Positions 1 to 11,500 of a stretch of DNA of 48,696 nt are shown one piece after another. The notes beneath the pieces were generated by a model. That model was not told where the DNA came from, searched no databases, and saw only the letters and a list, made by a program, of their open reading frames with translations. The position numbers and the translations under genes are program-made. The stretch covers positions 1 through 48,696 of the forward strand of contig JAVHPF010000029.1 in assembly GCA_036170435.1 (NCBI GenBank), given 5' to 3'. The stretch is from Patescibacteria group bacterium (GTDB taxonomy: Bacteria; Patescibacteriota; Gracilibacteria; BD1-5; UBA6164). The first letter of the stretch is position 1, and each line of letters starts with the position of its first letter.

Positions 1-161
1 ATAAAAAAACTTATAAAAATACAAATTTAAAATTTAGTAATTCAATATAAAATCTTTTAATTCTTCAGTTTTTGGCATTTTACTTAAATTAATTCTTTAA
101 TGGTTTGTATTTCAATATCAAGTAAGCTATCATAATTATATGCTTTTTCTGCCATATCTTC

Positions 162-1538
162 TAAAAATTTTTTATTTTCCAAAATATTTTCTTTTAGAGA
201 TGAAAAATATAAAAACATTCCTAATGCATCTCCAGAATCATAGATTGATTCTTCAAGGGATTCGTTTATTGAAATTAAGTAAGCCTCGAGTAAAGAGTTT
301 AATGCTTTCCTATTATTTTTTCATTCATAAAAATCTGCTTGTAATAAAAGATATTTATTATCTATTCATATAAGTTCTGAAAATATTTTATCCATCATTT
401 CAATATTGTTTTCATATAATTTCTTAATCAACAATAAAATTTTTTCTTTTAAATCTAAAAAATTATTTCAATTTCGGAATTGATACAAAATATTATAATA
501 ATCTGTAGCTTTATTAATATTTCTTTTTTCTACATATATTTCTAATAATTTATTTAATCAATAAATATAATTATCTACATCTCTATTTAAAAATGCTTTT
601 TCATATAGATTTTCGTAAGACTCTATTTTAGATTTATCTGTAAATTCTTTTTTAAATAAAAGCAAATTTCAAGAAGAATATAAATCTCCTAAATTTTTAT
701 AATAAGTATAATCTTTATTTACTTTTATATGTAATTGATATTTTTCCAAAGCATTAGAATAAAATGCTATTTCTTCGTAAAAAGCTCCTAATTCTCAAAT
801 AAGTTTAGTTTCTCATAAATCTATTGCATACTTATAAAGTTTTTCTATCTTTTCTTTATTTAATTCTATAAATTCTATTTTCTTATCTTTATTTTCTATA
901 TTTCCTAAATCAAGCAAAAATATATCTCTATGCAATTCAATATATTTAATCAAAGAAGTTTTTGATCATTTATTTATCCCTTCATTTAATATTTTTTCTG
1001 CTGTTTCTAAGTCTTGTTTATATAAATATGTATAATAACCATATTCTGCATAAGCATCCATATTATATTCACAAGCATTTTTACACTCTCAAAGTAAAAA
1101 GTCTACATTATTTTCATATGAAAATTCTCATCATTCATCAATAAGTAATCAAGATGTATATAAATTTAATATTTTTTCATAAATTAATCTATTTCAATAT
1201 TTTTTTGATTCATTAAAATATTCTAGAGTTTTATAATAATCTCCTAATTGCATAGTAAAATCACCTAATCTCTCATACAAGAAAGATTTATGAAAAGCTT
1301 TTAAATTATTTCAATAATCTATAGCTTCTTTTGCGATTTTATATCATCCATAATAATCCCCATTTTCTTCCATAATAGATAGAGATTGAGCTATTTCTTG
1401 TATTTTTATATCTGAATCGAGAATTTCATTAAAGTCTTCTGAAAAACAATTTTTTACATTGTCTATATCGTTTTGTCAGTTATTTTCTTCATTAAGCTGA
1501 TTTAATTCATCATGTCATAAAATTATTTCTTTATTCAT
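162..1538 (-). CDS. TPR/Sel1-like helical-repeat protein (458 aa, table 25)
   Basis: ATG at 1538, TAG at 162-164; every codon checked by position, with no in-frame TAA/TAG and many in-frame TGA. Repeated amphipathic motifs (GDYYGGYKIAKEAIDYGNNL, LGDFTMQLGDYYKTLEYFNES). No signal peptide. Confidence 0.6.
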
Positions 1539-1724
1539 AATTTTTTATTATAAATAATATAAGAGTTTTGTTTTAATTAATTTTGGGAATAAGTCAAGTT
1601 TTTAAAATTTAAAATAAGCTTTTTATGGCTTAGAAATTTAAATAATATTTGATTTTTTATTTTTTTTTCTTATAAATTAAATATAAATTATATTTTTTAT
1701 TTTAATTATTTTTATCGTTAGTTT

Positions 1725-2915
1725 ATGAAAAAAATTATCATTTTGCTTTTAAGCTTATTATCTCTATCTTTTTTCAGTTCTGCTTTAGCTTGAAGTCTAT
1801 GAATTTCACCTCTTAAATATGAGTATACAATTAATGCTTGAGATTCAAAATCTGGAGTAGTAAAAGTTACAAACAATAGTGATGTACCAATGACCTTATA
1901 TACTTCAAAAGAAGATTTTATAGCCTGAGATGATACCGGTACTCCAAAATTCGTAAAACCTGAAGACCAAGTTTCTCCAGAATTAAGTTTAGCTAATTGG
2001 CTTAAATTAGAAGAAGAAAATCTAACTTTAGCGCCAAAAGAAACAAGAGAAGTTAAATTTAAAATAACTGTTCCAAAAGATTGAGAACCTGGATGACATT
2101 ATGGTGCTGTATTTTTTTCTCCTTGAGTATCTGGACAATCACAAGTTTCAATAGTTCAAAGACTTTGAGTTTTATTACTTATAAATGTTCCTTGAAATGT
2201 TAAGGTAAGTTGATTTGTTGATAAATTTACAATCTGAGAAAAGAAAAATAACAAATTTGAAGAAAAAAATTCTTTTGCTAATTTTCCTATAAATTTTGAT
2301 TTATTATTCAAAAATGATTGAAATGTTCATTTGAAACCAACTTGAAAAATAGAAATTTTAGATGAAAGTAATATTCCTCTAAAAAATATATGAAAAGCTA
2401 CTTTAACTTCACCAGCTTGAGCTTATATTTGAGAAAAAATGGTAGATTACATACCACTTAATGATACACTTTGAAATGTTTTACCAAAATCTGAAAGAAA
2501 ATTTGAATCTTCTTGGGAATGATTTTGATATACTATTTTAAACGAAGACTGAACTAAGTCAGTTAAATTTAAAAGTCTTAGTGATTATTATGCTGATATA
2601 GCATCGGAAAAACAAGCTTATTTAAATTTTTGGGAACAAGTACATACAAGAACAGTTTCAAAAAATATGAAAGTTCTTATGACTCTTAGTTATGAAGGAA
2701 AAGATAAAGAAATTAAAGATTTTAAAGATGAGAAAACTATAAAAGTTTCATATAATGAAAAATATGTTTGAATAAATTATTATTTGATTTTTATAATAAT
2801 TTTATTAATATGAGCTCTTTTCTATTATTTCACTTCTATAGCTCCAAAAAATCGAGCTAAAAAAGAAGAAGAATTAAAGAAAAAAATAATGGAAGAATTA
2901 AAAAATCATAAATAA
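1725..2915 (+). CDS. DUF916/DUF3324-like (CscA-like) cell-surface protein with C-terminal membrane anchor (396 aa)
   Basis: Signal peptide MKKIIILLLSLLSLSFFSSALA. ISPLKYEYTINAGDSKSGVVKVTNNS...LAPKETREVKFKITVPKDGEPGGHYGAVFF matches the DUF916 logic. Second beta domain (RLGVLLLINVPGNVKVSG), then TM helix YYLIFIIILLIGALFYYF and a KKEEELKKK tail. TAA at 2913-2915. Confidence 0.6.
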
Positions 2916-2942
2916 ATTATCTAAATAATTTAAAATTAGAAA

Positions 2943-3368
2943 ATGAAAAAAATAATTTCAATTTTATCTCTTACAGCAATTTTCTTTTACTACTCAAATT
3001 TAACATTAGCTTTAAATTCGGTAGTTGTTTCTGCTGTAGTTTGAAATTTAAATCATTCTCCTGTTGTAATAAATATTGTTCCTAGTAATAATCCTAAACT
3101 ACTGAAAACAAATTCTCTTCAAAACTTTTCTCTTTATTTTAGGGATGATGAAAAAGATATAATTTATTACACAATTACTCCTAAAGATTGATATACAAAT
3201 CCTATAAATTGAATAATATATTCTTCCGATTATGATTCAACTTCTTGAGCTTATATAAATTTTGCATATTTAGCTCCTTCTATAAAAGCTTGAAATTCAA
3301 ATGTAAATATCATTTTAAATGATTGACCAAATATTGTATCTAAGGATATAAATTTATACATTTATTAA
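2943..3368 (+). CDS. small secreted protein, unknown function (141 aa)
   Basis: ATG 2943, TAA 3366-3368, six in-frame TGA. Signal peptide MKKIISILSLTAIFFYYSNLTLA. Same strand as and closely spaced with flanking surface genes. Confidence 0.55.
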
Positions 3369-3380
3369 AATCTAATAAGT

Positions 3381-4385
3381 ATGTCTAAATTTGCTAAAAT
3401 TTCTATTCTATTAATATCACTATTTTTCTTAGTTTTTACATCATTTTATGAACTAAGAAAAATAGATTTTTTTGATAGCGAAAATTTGTTTGATTTTGTA
3501 TGAAAAAATGATTCATTAAGTTGAACTACAACGAAAGATTTATTTTATAAAAAATGAGATTTATTAGAATATAATTTTTTTCTTCAAAAAGATTTTGAAT
3601 GAACAATTTCTATAAATACCGATAAATTAGATAAAATTATAAAAGATTATGATATTTACCTAAACGATGAAAAAATAAATAAAAATAGACTGAAAAATCT
3701 AAAAATAGATAGTTCGAAAATCCTCACATTTAAATGAAAAGCTATAAATAATAAAACAATTAATACAAAAGATAAGACAATAAGTGATTTAATTGATGTA
3801 GTTGTAGTAGATCAAAATGAAATATCTGATAAAAAAACAACAATAACTTGATCTTTAAATAACGTGAAATTATCTAGTTTAAATTTCAATTCAAATATAA
3901 ATAATTTACTTGTTATATCTTGAGATAATCTGGAAAATATACAATACGTAAATATTTGATGAAATTCATTTAATCCAAATTTCAATGATAAAAAAATTTA
4001 TATATGAATAGATAAAAATTCTTTTGCAGCATTAGATTATTTTGTATTTTTTCAACTTAAAAATAAGCAAATATTATCCTATCCTCAAAAAATAAGTTTT
4101 ACTTATGATTCAAATACATTAAATATTTCAGCTATAAGTCCTGCTTTAATTAAAAATGATATTGATAGATATATAGTAATTCAATGAAATAATTTATCAA
4201 AAGTTATAAGAGTTCAATTAAGTAATAATATAGTATTAAAAGAAACTGCTTTTAAAATAATTAATGATAATGTTATGACTATAAAAATTCCATCATGACT
4301 TAATCCTTGAAATTATTTTATAAATTTCATGTGAACTAAATGAATATTTGAATTAAAAAACTCTAAATTTACAATTACAAATTAA
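3381..4385 (+). CDS. secreted/anchored protein, possible Ig-like (IPT/TIG-type) repeats (334 aa)
   Basis: ATG 3381, TAA 4383-4385, frame checked. N-terminal hydrophobic helix ISILLISLFFLVFTSF. ISPALIKNDIDRYIVIQGNNLSKV resembles an IPT/TIG strand pattern (weak). Confidence 0.5.
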
Positions 4386-4408
4386 AATTATTTCTTAAAT
4401 TTAAAAAT

Positions 4409-7400
4409 ATGAAGAAAGTCACTAGTTTAATTTTGCTTATATCAATGCTTTTATCTAATGCTTTGTTTACTTACACAAATGCTACAGTTTTAGCATGACC
4501 TGATTTCAATGTAAAAATTTCATCAAATACTGATGCGACATATACAACAAATTTAAGTAATATTTGAATTTGAACCTCTTTAAGTTTCAAAAACGTTTCA
4601 GTTTTAGATAATTCTTCTTTAAATTGAACTTACAATATACACTTCCCTACTGGATTCACCTATAATTCTTATGATGCAAGTCAAAATACTTGTGGTTTTT
4701 CTCTAATATCTGCAACAAATTCAAATTTTAAATATTCTTTTTCAAATACATCAAATACTTGTGAATCAACAATTATTTTAAATTATACAACTAATTCAAA
4801 TGCTTCAATTTGAGTAAATAATATAAACATACTTGATGAAAATAATTCAATAGTACGAGATTTAAATGTAAATATAACTAGTCATAATTCTATTACAAAA
4901 GCTCAAACTTTAGACTTAAATTCTGATTGATATATTGATGGTTATAAATTAAATCTAGCAAATTCTAGTAATATTTGAAGTTTATCTTGATTACAAGTGG
5001 ACTGAGTTTCTGTTTGAAATATCTATTCCTCAGGAAGTCAATATATACTTCCTTTTACAGATAATATTTGGAATACTTGAGATTTACCACAAATCACATG
5101 ACTTTTTGATACTTTAAGTATTTGAAATAATGATATAAATGAAGAAGATTCAGCTAGACCTCAAATAATGAAAATAAATTCTACTGTACTTTCCACTCTA
5201 TGAGCTCAATCTTTAAATATTTGAACTTGAAATTTATTATTTGATATTTCTGAAAATTTAACTCCTAGTAGTAATCAATATTTTACTTTATTAAAAGGAA
5301 CTTGAACTATTGCTTGAACTTTTTCTTTTTTAAATAATAATTTAACGAAAGTTTATTTTGTACCATCAGTAAGTCTTTCAGCTTGAACTTATACATTAAG
5401 TGCAACTTCTGGAGCAAAAGACTGGTCATCTAATTGAAATATTATTGATGTAACTATTCCTAGTTTAATAGTAACTGATTCTATTTCACCAAACTGAATT
5501 GTGATTTGAACGAGTACTTGAATAAGTATAAATGATTGAGTAAGCTTAACTAACAATAATTATACTCAATTAACAATAGCAGCTACAGATGATGTTTGAG
5601 TTAGTCAAATGATGATTTCAAATGATTCTGGTTTTTCTAGTACTTCTTGGGAAACATATAATACAAGTAAATTAAACTGGTATTTATGAGCCGGAACTGG
5701 AATAAAAACAGTTTATGTAAAATTCAAAGATGAGGCATGAAATACAAGCGCAACTTATAGTGATAGTATAGAATATTGACCAACAAATAACTACATCAGT
5801 TTTAATAATATTGATTCAGTTTATACAAATAATTCAACTATAAGTCTTTCTTGAGGATGTAATTATATAAGTAATACTTGAGCAATTTTATCTAGCACTT
5901 TAGTTTGATATGTTAATTGAATTTCTATATGAAATATTACTTGTAATTCTCAAAAATGGTCTCATACTTTTAATCTAGCTGATAATACAACTAATTTAAT
6001 TAGATTAGAATATGATATAAATTCGTCTCTTAATAATGCTATAAATATAACTAGACCTATTCCGACTTGTTCAAGTCCAGCAAATGCGACTTTAGTTCCT
6101 GGAACAACTTATCCAACTTGTGACTTCACTTGTAATACCGGTTATACAAAACAATGATGAGCTTGTGTTGTAAAATCAGCTACAGTTACAACCGCTATTT
6201 CTAATTCTCGTACTTTTAGCTTTACTCCATTTACTCTATACTATTTAAATCCTATACAAAAAACATCTCTAGCTTTAGCTATAAGTAATTGAACTTCGAC
6301 TCTTACAAGTACTTTCACTTTAGATTCAGATTGAACAAGTGTTTCATTATCTAATTCGTCAGAAGCTATTTCTTGTAATTCTTGATATCAAGTTAGTTGA
6401 ACTTCTTGTATAGCAAAATCAATGAATATTACTAGTGCAACATATAATGCTCATAACTATAGTTTTACTCCATTTACTTTATATTATTATAGTCCTATAC
6501 AAAAAACTTCATTAGGATTAAATTTATCAAATGGTATTTATACTCTTACAACTACTTTTACTCTAGCTAGTAATTGAACAAGTGTTTCACTATCTAATTC
6601 TACTGAAAATCTGGTTTCTTGTAATTCTGGATATCATGTTAGTTGAAATTCTTGTATACAAGATTCTTCATGATGATGAGGAGGAGGTGGTGGTGGTTGA
6701 TGAGGTGGTGGATGAGCGATTACTCCGACTTGTACAAGTTCACAATTACAATGTAGTTCTTACAATAATTCTTATATTTGGACAAGGAAATCTGGAGTAA
6801 GTTGTACTTGATGAAATCTATGATTAGCTTGTATTCCAGCAACTACAAGTCAAACTGGAACAACTAATAATGGAACAATAAATTCTAACACATGAACTAC
6901 AAATAGTTCTACAGGAACAAATAACAATACTGATAATACTAATATTTGATGAAATCAATGATGAAATAGTTCAACTTGAACAAATACTCAAATTCCTGAA
7001 ATAATTGAAATAATAAAAACTGACTGAACTAAAATATATTTCACAGATATTGCGAATAATTTTGCAAAAAATTATATAGTTCAATTAGCATCAAGTGGAA
7101 TAGTAAATGGGTATTCTGATAATACTTTTAGACCAGGAAATAATACATCTAGAATAGAATTTCTAAAAATGCTTATGAAATGACTTGGAAAAGATTATTC
7201 AAGTTATATTTGAAAGAAAAATCCATTTTGGGACGTTCCGGATAATTCTTGGCAATCACCAATAGTAGCAAAAGCTATAGCTCTTGGAATAATTAGTCAA
7301 AATAGATATTTCTATCCAGATAAAACTATCTCTAGAGAAGAAGCTACAAAAATGTTAATAAAAGCATCTAAATTAAATTTATTAAATGTAAGTAAATCAT

Positions 7401-7570
7401 CTTTTACTGATGTAAATTGATGGTCTATGAATTATATAGAGACAGCCTATAAATCATGAATAACTAGCTGACAAAATATATGATGAAAACTTATATTCAG
7501 ACCTGGTGATAATATAACAAGAGCTGAAGTAACGAAGATAATAGTAAAAATTATAAGTATAGTTAAATAA
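4409..7570 (+). CDS. large cell-surface protein with Cys-rich modules, poly-Gly linker and three C-terminal SLH domains (1053 aa)
   Basis: Signal peptide MKKVTSLILLISMLLSNALFTYTNA. Duplicated ~80-aa modules ending CNSGYQVSGTSC / CNSGYHVSGNSC (about 6060-6660). 15-Gly linker at 6671-6715. SLH repeats from 7040: FTDIANNFAKNYIVQLASSGIVNGYSDNTFRPGNNTSRIEF, FWDVPDNSWQSPIVAKAIALGII, FTDVNGWSMNYIETAYKSGI...FRPGDNITRAEV. TAA 7568-7570. Confidence 0.8.
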
Positions 7571-7577
7571 AATAAAT

Positions 7578-7604
7578 AAAGCTTTCGAAATATACGAAAG
7601 CTTT
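7578..7604 (+). terminator. rho-independent terminator hairpin after the SLH gene
   Basis: Perfect 10-bp stem aaagctttcg / cgaaagcttt, 7-nt loop, followed by atttatt. Confidence 0.6.
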
Positions 7605-7631
7605 ATTTATTAAGTAAAATTTTTAGACAAT

Positions 7632-7666
7632 AAAAAACTCCAAAGAAAAATCTTTAGGAGTTTTTT
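7632..7666. terminator. bidirectional terminator hairpin between convergent genes
   Basis: aaaaaactcc...ggagtttttt with an inner aaaga/tcttt extension. A-run upstream and T-run downstream, so it can work on both strands. Confidence 0.6.
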
Positions 7667-7695
7667 ATTTATAAGAAATGCTATAAAAGCACAAA

Positions 7696-8358
7696 TTAGA
7701 ATGTACCTACAACTGTGAAAGTAAGAGTATCAGAGTAATCTGAAGCAGCAGCTGTTTCGTCAGCTGAAGTAGCAGCAACTGTAAAAGTTACATCATCATT
7801 TACAGCATCAGTTTTTTCTGGTCTAGTAGAAGAATAAATAGTAACAGCTTGGTTAACAGCATTAACTTCATGAGCCCCTGCACTATCAGTAGCAGAAAAA
7901 TCTGCAACACTAGAATCTGTTGGATTTGCAGTAGAAGCAAAAGTATATGATTCAGCTACACCGTCTTTATTAGCTATGTTAGCGTCATTATTAATAACAC
8001 CACTAGCTGTAATACTTCTTAAACCACCATTAGCAGAAGAAGCAGTAACGACTACACCATTAGTAGCATTAGTTCCTAATTCAATACCAAGATTTGCTGA
8101 TTTACCAGCAGTAGTCAAAGTACCTAATTCTAAACCAGTTCCTGAAATAGTCATATTTAAAACTGGAGAAACTGAAGCATTAACGATAACTGGAGTTAGA
8201 ACTCAAGTTGCAGTTCCTGGAAAATTACCATCCCAAGTTACACCTGTAGAAGTTCCACCAGTTATAGTACCAGTACCAATTTGTGCTGCCATAGCAACAT
8301 TCATAGCTAACATAGAAACTAGTCCTACAGAAGCCAAAGTTTTCTTAAATGTTTTCAT
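7696..8358 (-). CDS. abundant-type secreted Thr/Ala/Gly/Asn-rich surface subunit (220 aa)
   Basis: The two track ORFs (7696-8154, 8203-8445) are in one frame, joined by a single TGA (8203-8205). Start chosen at MKTFKKTLASVGLVSMLAMNVAMA (signal peptide). C-terminus DYSDTLTFTVVGTF resembles the terminal strand of SCPU/Csu- or WxL-type surface subunits (hypothesis). GC visibly higher than the flanks. Confidence 0.75.
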
Positions 8359-8587
8359 AAACAAAAACTTAAAAAATAAAAATACACGCGTGTCTTTATA
8401 TTGAAAAAGACATTTTACATTATCGCTGTTTTTTTTGAAAGTCAAATCAATCTTTACACTTTTTTATTTTAATGTGTAAAAAACATATTTAATATAAATT
8501 TAATAATAATTAAATAATGCTTTTACTTGATTTTTTTTATTTTTTAAGTATAGAAATATATGTAATAAAATATAATCATATAAAATC

Positions 8588-11500
8588 ATGAGAAAAATAT
8601 TTTCTTTTTTAACGCTTTTCTTTTTGATATCAAACATAGTTTGTTCAAATATTGTATACTGAAGTTCAGATATTAGTGTTACATCATTTACAACAAAAGT
8701 AAATTCTGGTAATGCTATCAGTTGAGATATAAAAGCTAATCCTTGAGATCAGCTTTCTATGCTTGTTTCATGAAATAATAATTCATCGACTATCCAAAAT
8801 AATGTGAAGCTAGAATTTATATTTTCAAATACTGTTGATTTTACAAATGATAATCCTGGTCAAACTAGTTCTTATGTAATGTGGTCACCAGTTAATTCAA
8901 ATATATCTCAAACTATTTTTGCCCCACCTTCACTTAATATAGCCCCAATTACTGCTTCATCTGTAAATTGAGATGCTTTAGATTTATATTATACAAAAAT
9001 AAGGGCAAATACTAATGCTAAAACTTATCTAACTACTATATGAGCTAGATTTTTAGCTGATTCTTATGTTTGAAATAGCCTTACTCGTAATATATATCTA
9101 AATGTAAGACCTCATATAACTAACTATTTTTTTTCTAAATCAGCTTTAGTTTGAAATTGAGTTGATTCAGTAGATTTAACATTGAAAGTAAAAGATTATA
9201 ATTGATGTGCAAATATTGCAGGATGAACTGTAACAGCTAATTTATCTAGTCTATGATTATCTAGTGCTGAACCTCTTTCTTATATTTCTTGTGATGCTGA
9301 TTGAAAAACTTGATTATTCAAAAAAACATGAATAGTAAGTCTTGCTTCTATTTGAGACAAAACTTTAACTTATTCTGATTTTTCAGCAAAAGATGCAGAT
9401 GGAAATTATAACACTCCAATAGATCCTAATACTACATTTGGTAATGAGGATAAAAAAACTAATTTAACTATTAGTATTGTAGCTCCAAATGCTCCTGTAC
9501 TTACTATATCTTCTATAAATCCAAGTATAGTTTCTAGCCAAGATTCAATACTTAATTTTTCAGCTACTCAAACTTGATCTTATAAAGTGGTATTAAACTG
9601 AGATTGAACTTGTTCTGCTTGAACGATTATTTCTGATTGGACTTCTTATAATTTGGAAAATTTAAATATAAATATAGTTAATTCCAATTTACAAAATTGA
9701 ACAAATACAATATATGCTTGTGTAAAAAATGCAACTTGAGATATATGAGCCGCAAATATATCTATAACAAAAGATACTTTAGCTCCTACTATATCTAATA
9801 TATCTATTTCGCCTTGAACTGTTACTACATCAAATGCTAATCTAAGTTTTGCTTGTAATGAAGATTGACAATATAAAGTAAATTATGCTTCTTTTGTTGG
9901 ATCTTATCAAACAGCTCTAACTAATCAAACAAATAATGTAAGTATATCTAATTCGTCATTATCTTTAGGAGCTAATAACATAACTATTTACTGTAAGGAT
10001 ACCGCTTGAAATGAAACTACATGAAATGCTAATATAAATAAAATTCAGCCAACTCCTGCTATGAGTTCTAGTTGAATGAGTATTAGTGATAATGATATTT
10101 GATGGGATTGAGTAGATTGAAGAGATTTAAAAGTAAATTGGGATACTTCAATTGGCTCTTCTTTTGCATGATTTGAATCTTATAGAATTTACGTATTACC
10201 TGAAAATACAGCTTTTTCTACTTGATATACTCAATTATGAATAGTTCCAAATTCTCGAATAAATACTTGGACTTGATCTAAAACTATAACAAATGATAGT
10301 GCTTGAAATCCTTTGGCTTGATGAAATTATAAAGCTTATGTTGCTATAATGTGAACTAGTTGAGAATTGTGAACTGTTGCAGCTAGTGCAACATGAACTC
10401 TTATATCTGATGTAGTTCCACATCCTTCAGTATTATCAGCGAGTTTTACATCTACAGGAAATTTACGAGTAAAATTTGATACAGCTCTAAAAACTGATTT
10501 ATCATCACATAATGCTTCTTTATTTGTTTTTCAAGCTTGATGAACGACATATACATGAACTAGCGTATCATCAATATCAAATGATACAATAAATATAAAT
10601 ATTCCTAATTTAACAAATACTGCTTCGACTTGAACACTTAGTGTTTTTACTTGAGCTGCCTGGTGAGTTCCAGTTGATGGTTCTTTTAACAATGCTAGTT
10701 CGTGAGTTTTAATAAGTGATGCTATATCTCCAAATATTATTAATTTTTCTACTTGAAGTACATCTTATTATTCAAATTTTTATTCTTGAACATTAGCTTT
10801 TAATTATAATATTTCTGAAAATCTAAAAGCTGGATGATTTACAAATATACAATTTACTAGAATTTGATGAAATACTGACATCTTAAAAACTTATTCTATT
10901 ACAAATACTTCTAATCTAACAACTTGATCTCATACTGAAAATATAGATTTAAATGCATTGTGACTTGTTTCGTGAGCTTATTATGAAGCTAGACTTATTG
11001 CTCAAGATTTAAATGGAAATACTAATACGAGTAATCCTATAAGTATAAAATTTGATAATGTTGGTCCTAGTATCGTTTCAATAAGTCCATTTTGAGCTCA
11101 AAAAGTATTAGGAATACTAAATCCTACTTTCACTTGGTTTTCTACTACTGATGATTCTTGAAATTGATCTGGAATAAAATGATATAAATTAAGAGTTTAT
11201 ACTTGAAATACAACTTATACTTCTTGGAAAACATGTACTTGAACTTATAGTGAATATAATATTACAAATTTATCAAATTTATCATACCAAACAACTTTAG
11301 CTAATTTATACAATTATGCTTGGGCTGTAACAGCTTATGATAATATGGAAAATATCTGAACAAGCTCTAGTTGTGATAATTTTTATACAAACAACTTAGT
11401 TCCTAGTTTTTCAAATTCTAGTATAACAGATACTGTTTTAAATAGTATAACTTATGCTAAATGATGAAATAATCTAGTTATTAAATCAACTATAACAAAT

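Noticed and set aside
84-161. Extending the TPR gene to a TAA at 84-86 (my first by-eye reverse-complement reading)
   Set aside because: A position-by-position check shows an in-frame TAG at 162-164. The longer reading came from two compensating one-base reading slips.
6582-6800. Track ORF encoding ...HDDEEEVVVVDEVVDE...
   Set aside because: It is the out-of-frame reading of the poly-Gly linker region of the SLH protein. The gene frame is offset by one base and is continuous from 4409 to 7570.
8359-8445. Longer N-terminus (MTFKKNSDNVKCLFQYKDTRVFLFFKFLF...) for the 220-aa secreted protein
   Set aside because: The internal Met at 8358 begins a textbook signal peptide (MKTFKKTLASVGLVSMLAMNVAMA). 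The extension is AT-rich upstream sequence with no coding character.
8452-8480. Inverted repeat tttacac...gtgtaaa in the divergent promoter region between the 220-aa gene and the giant gene, as a possible operator
   Set aside because: Only 7 bp, AT-rich, with no second copy in the window. This is too weak to call a regulatory site.
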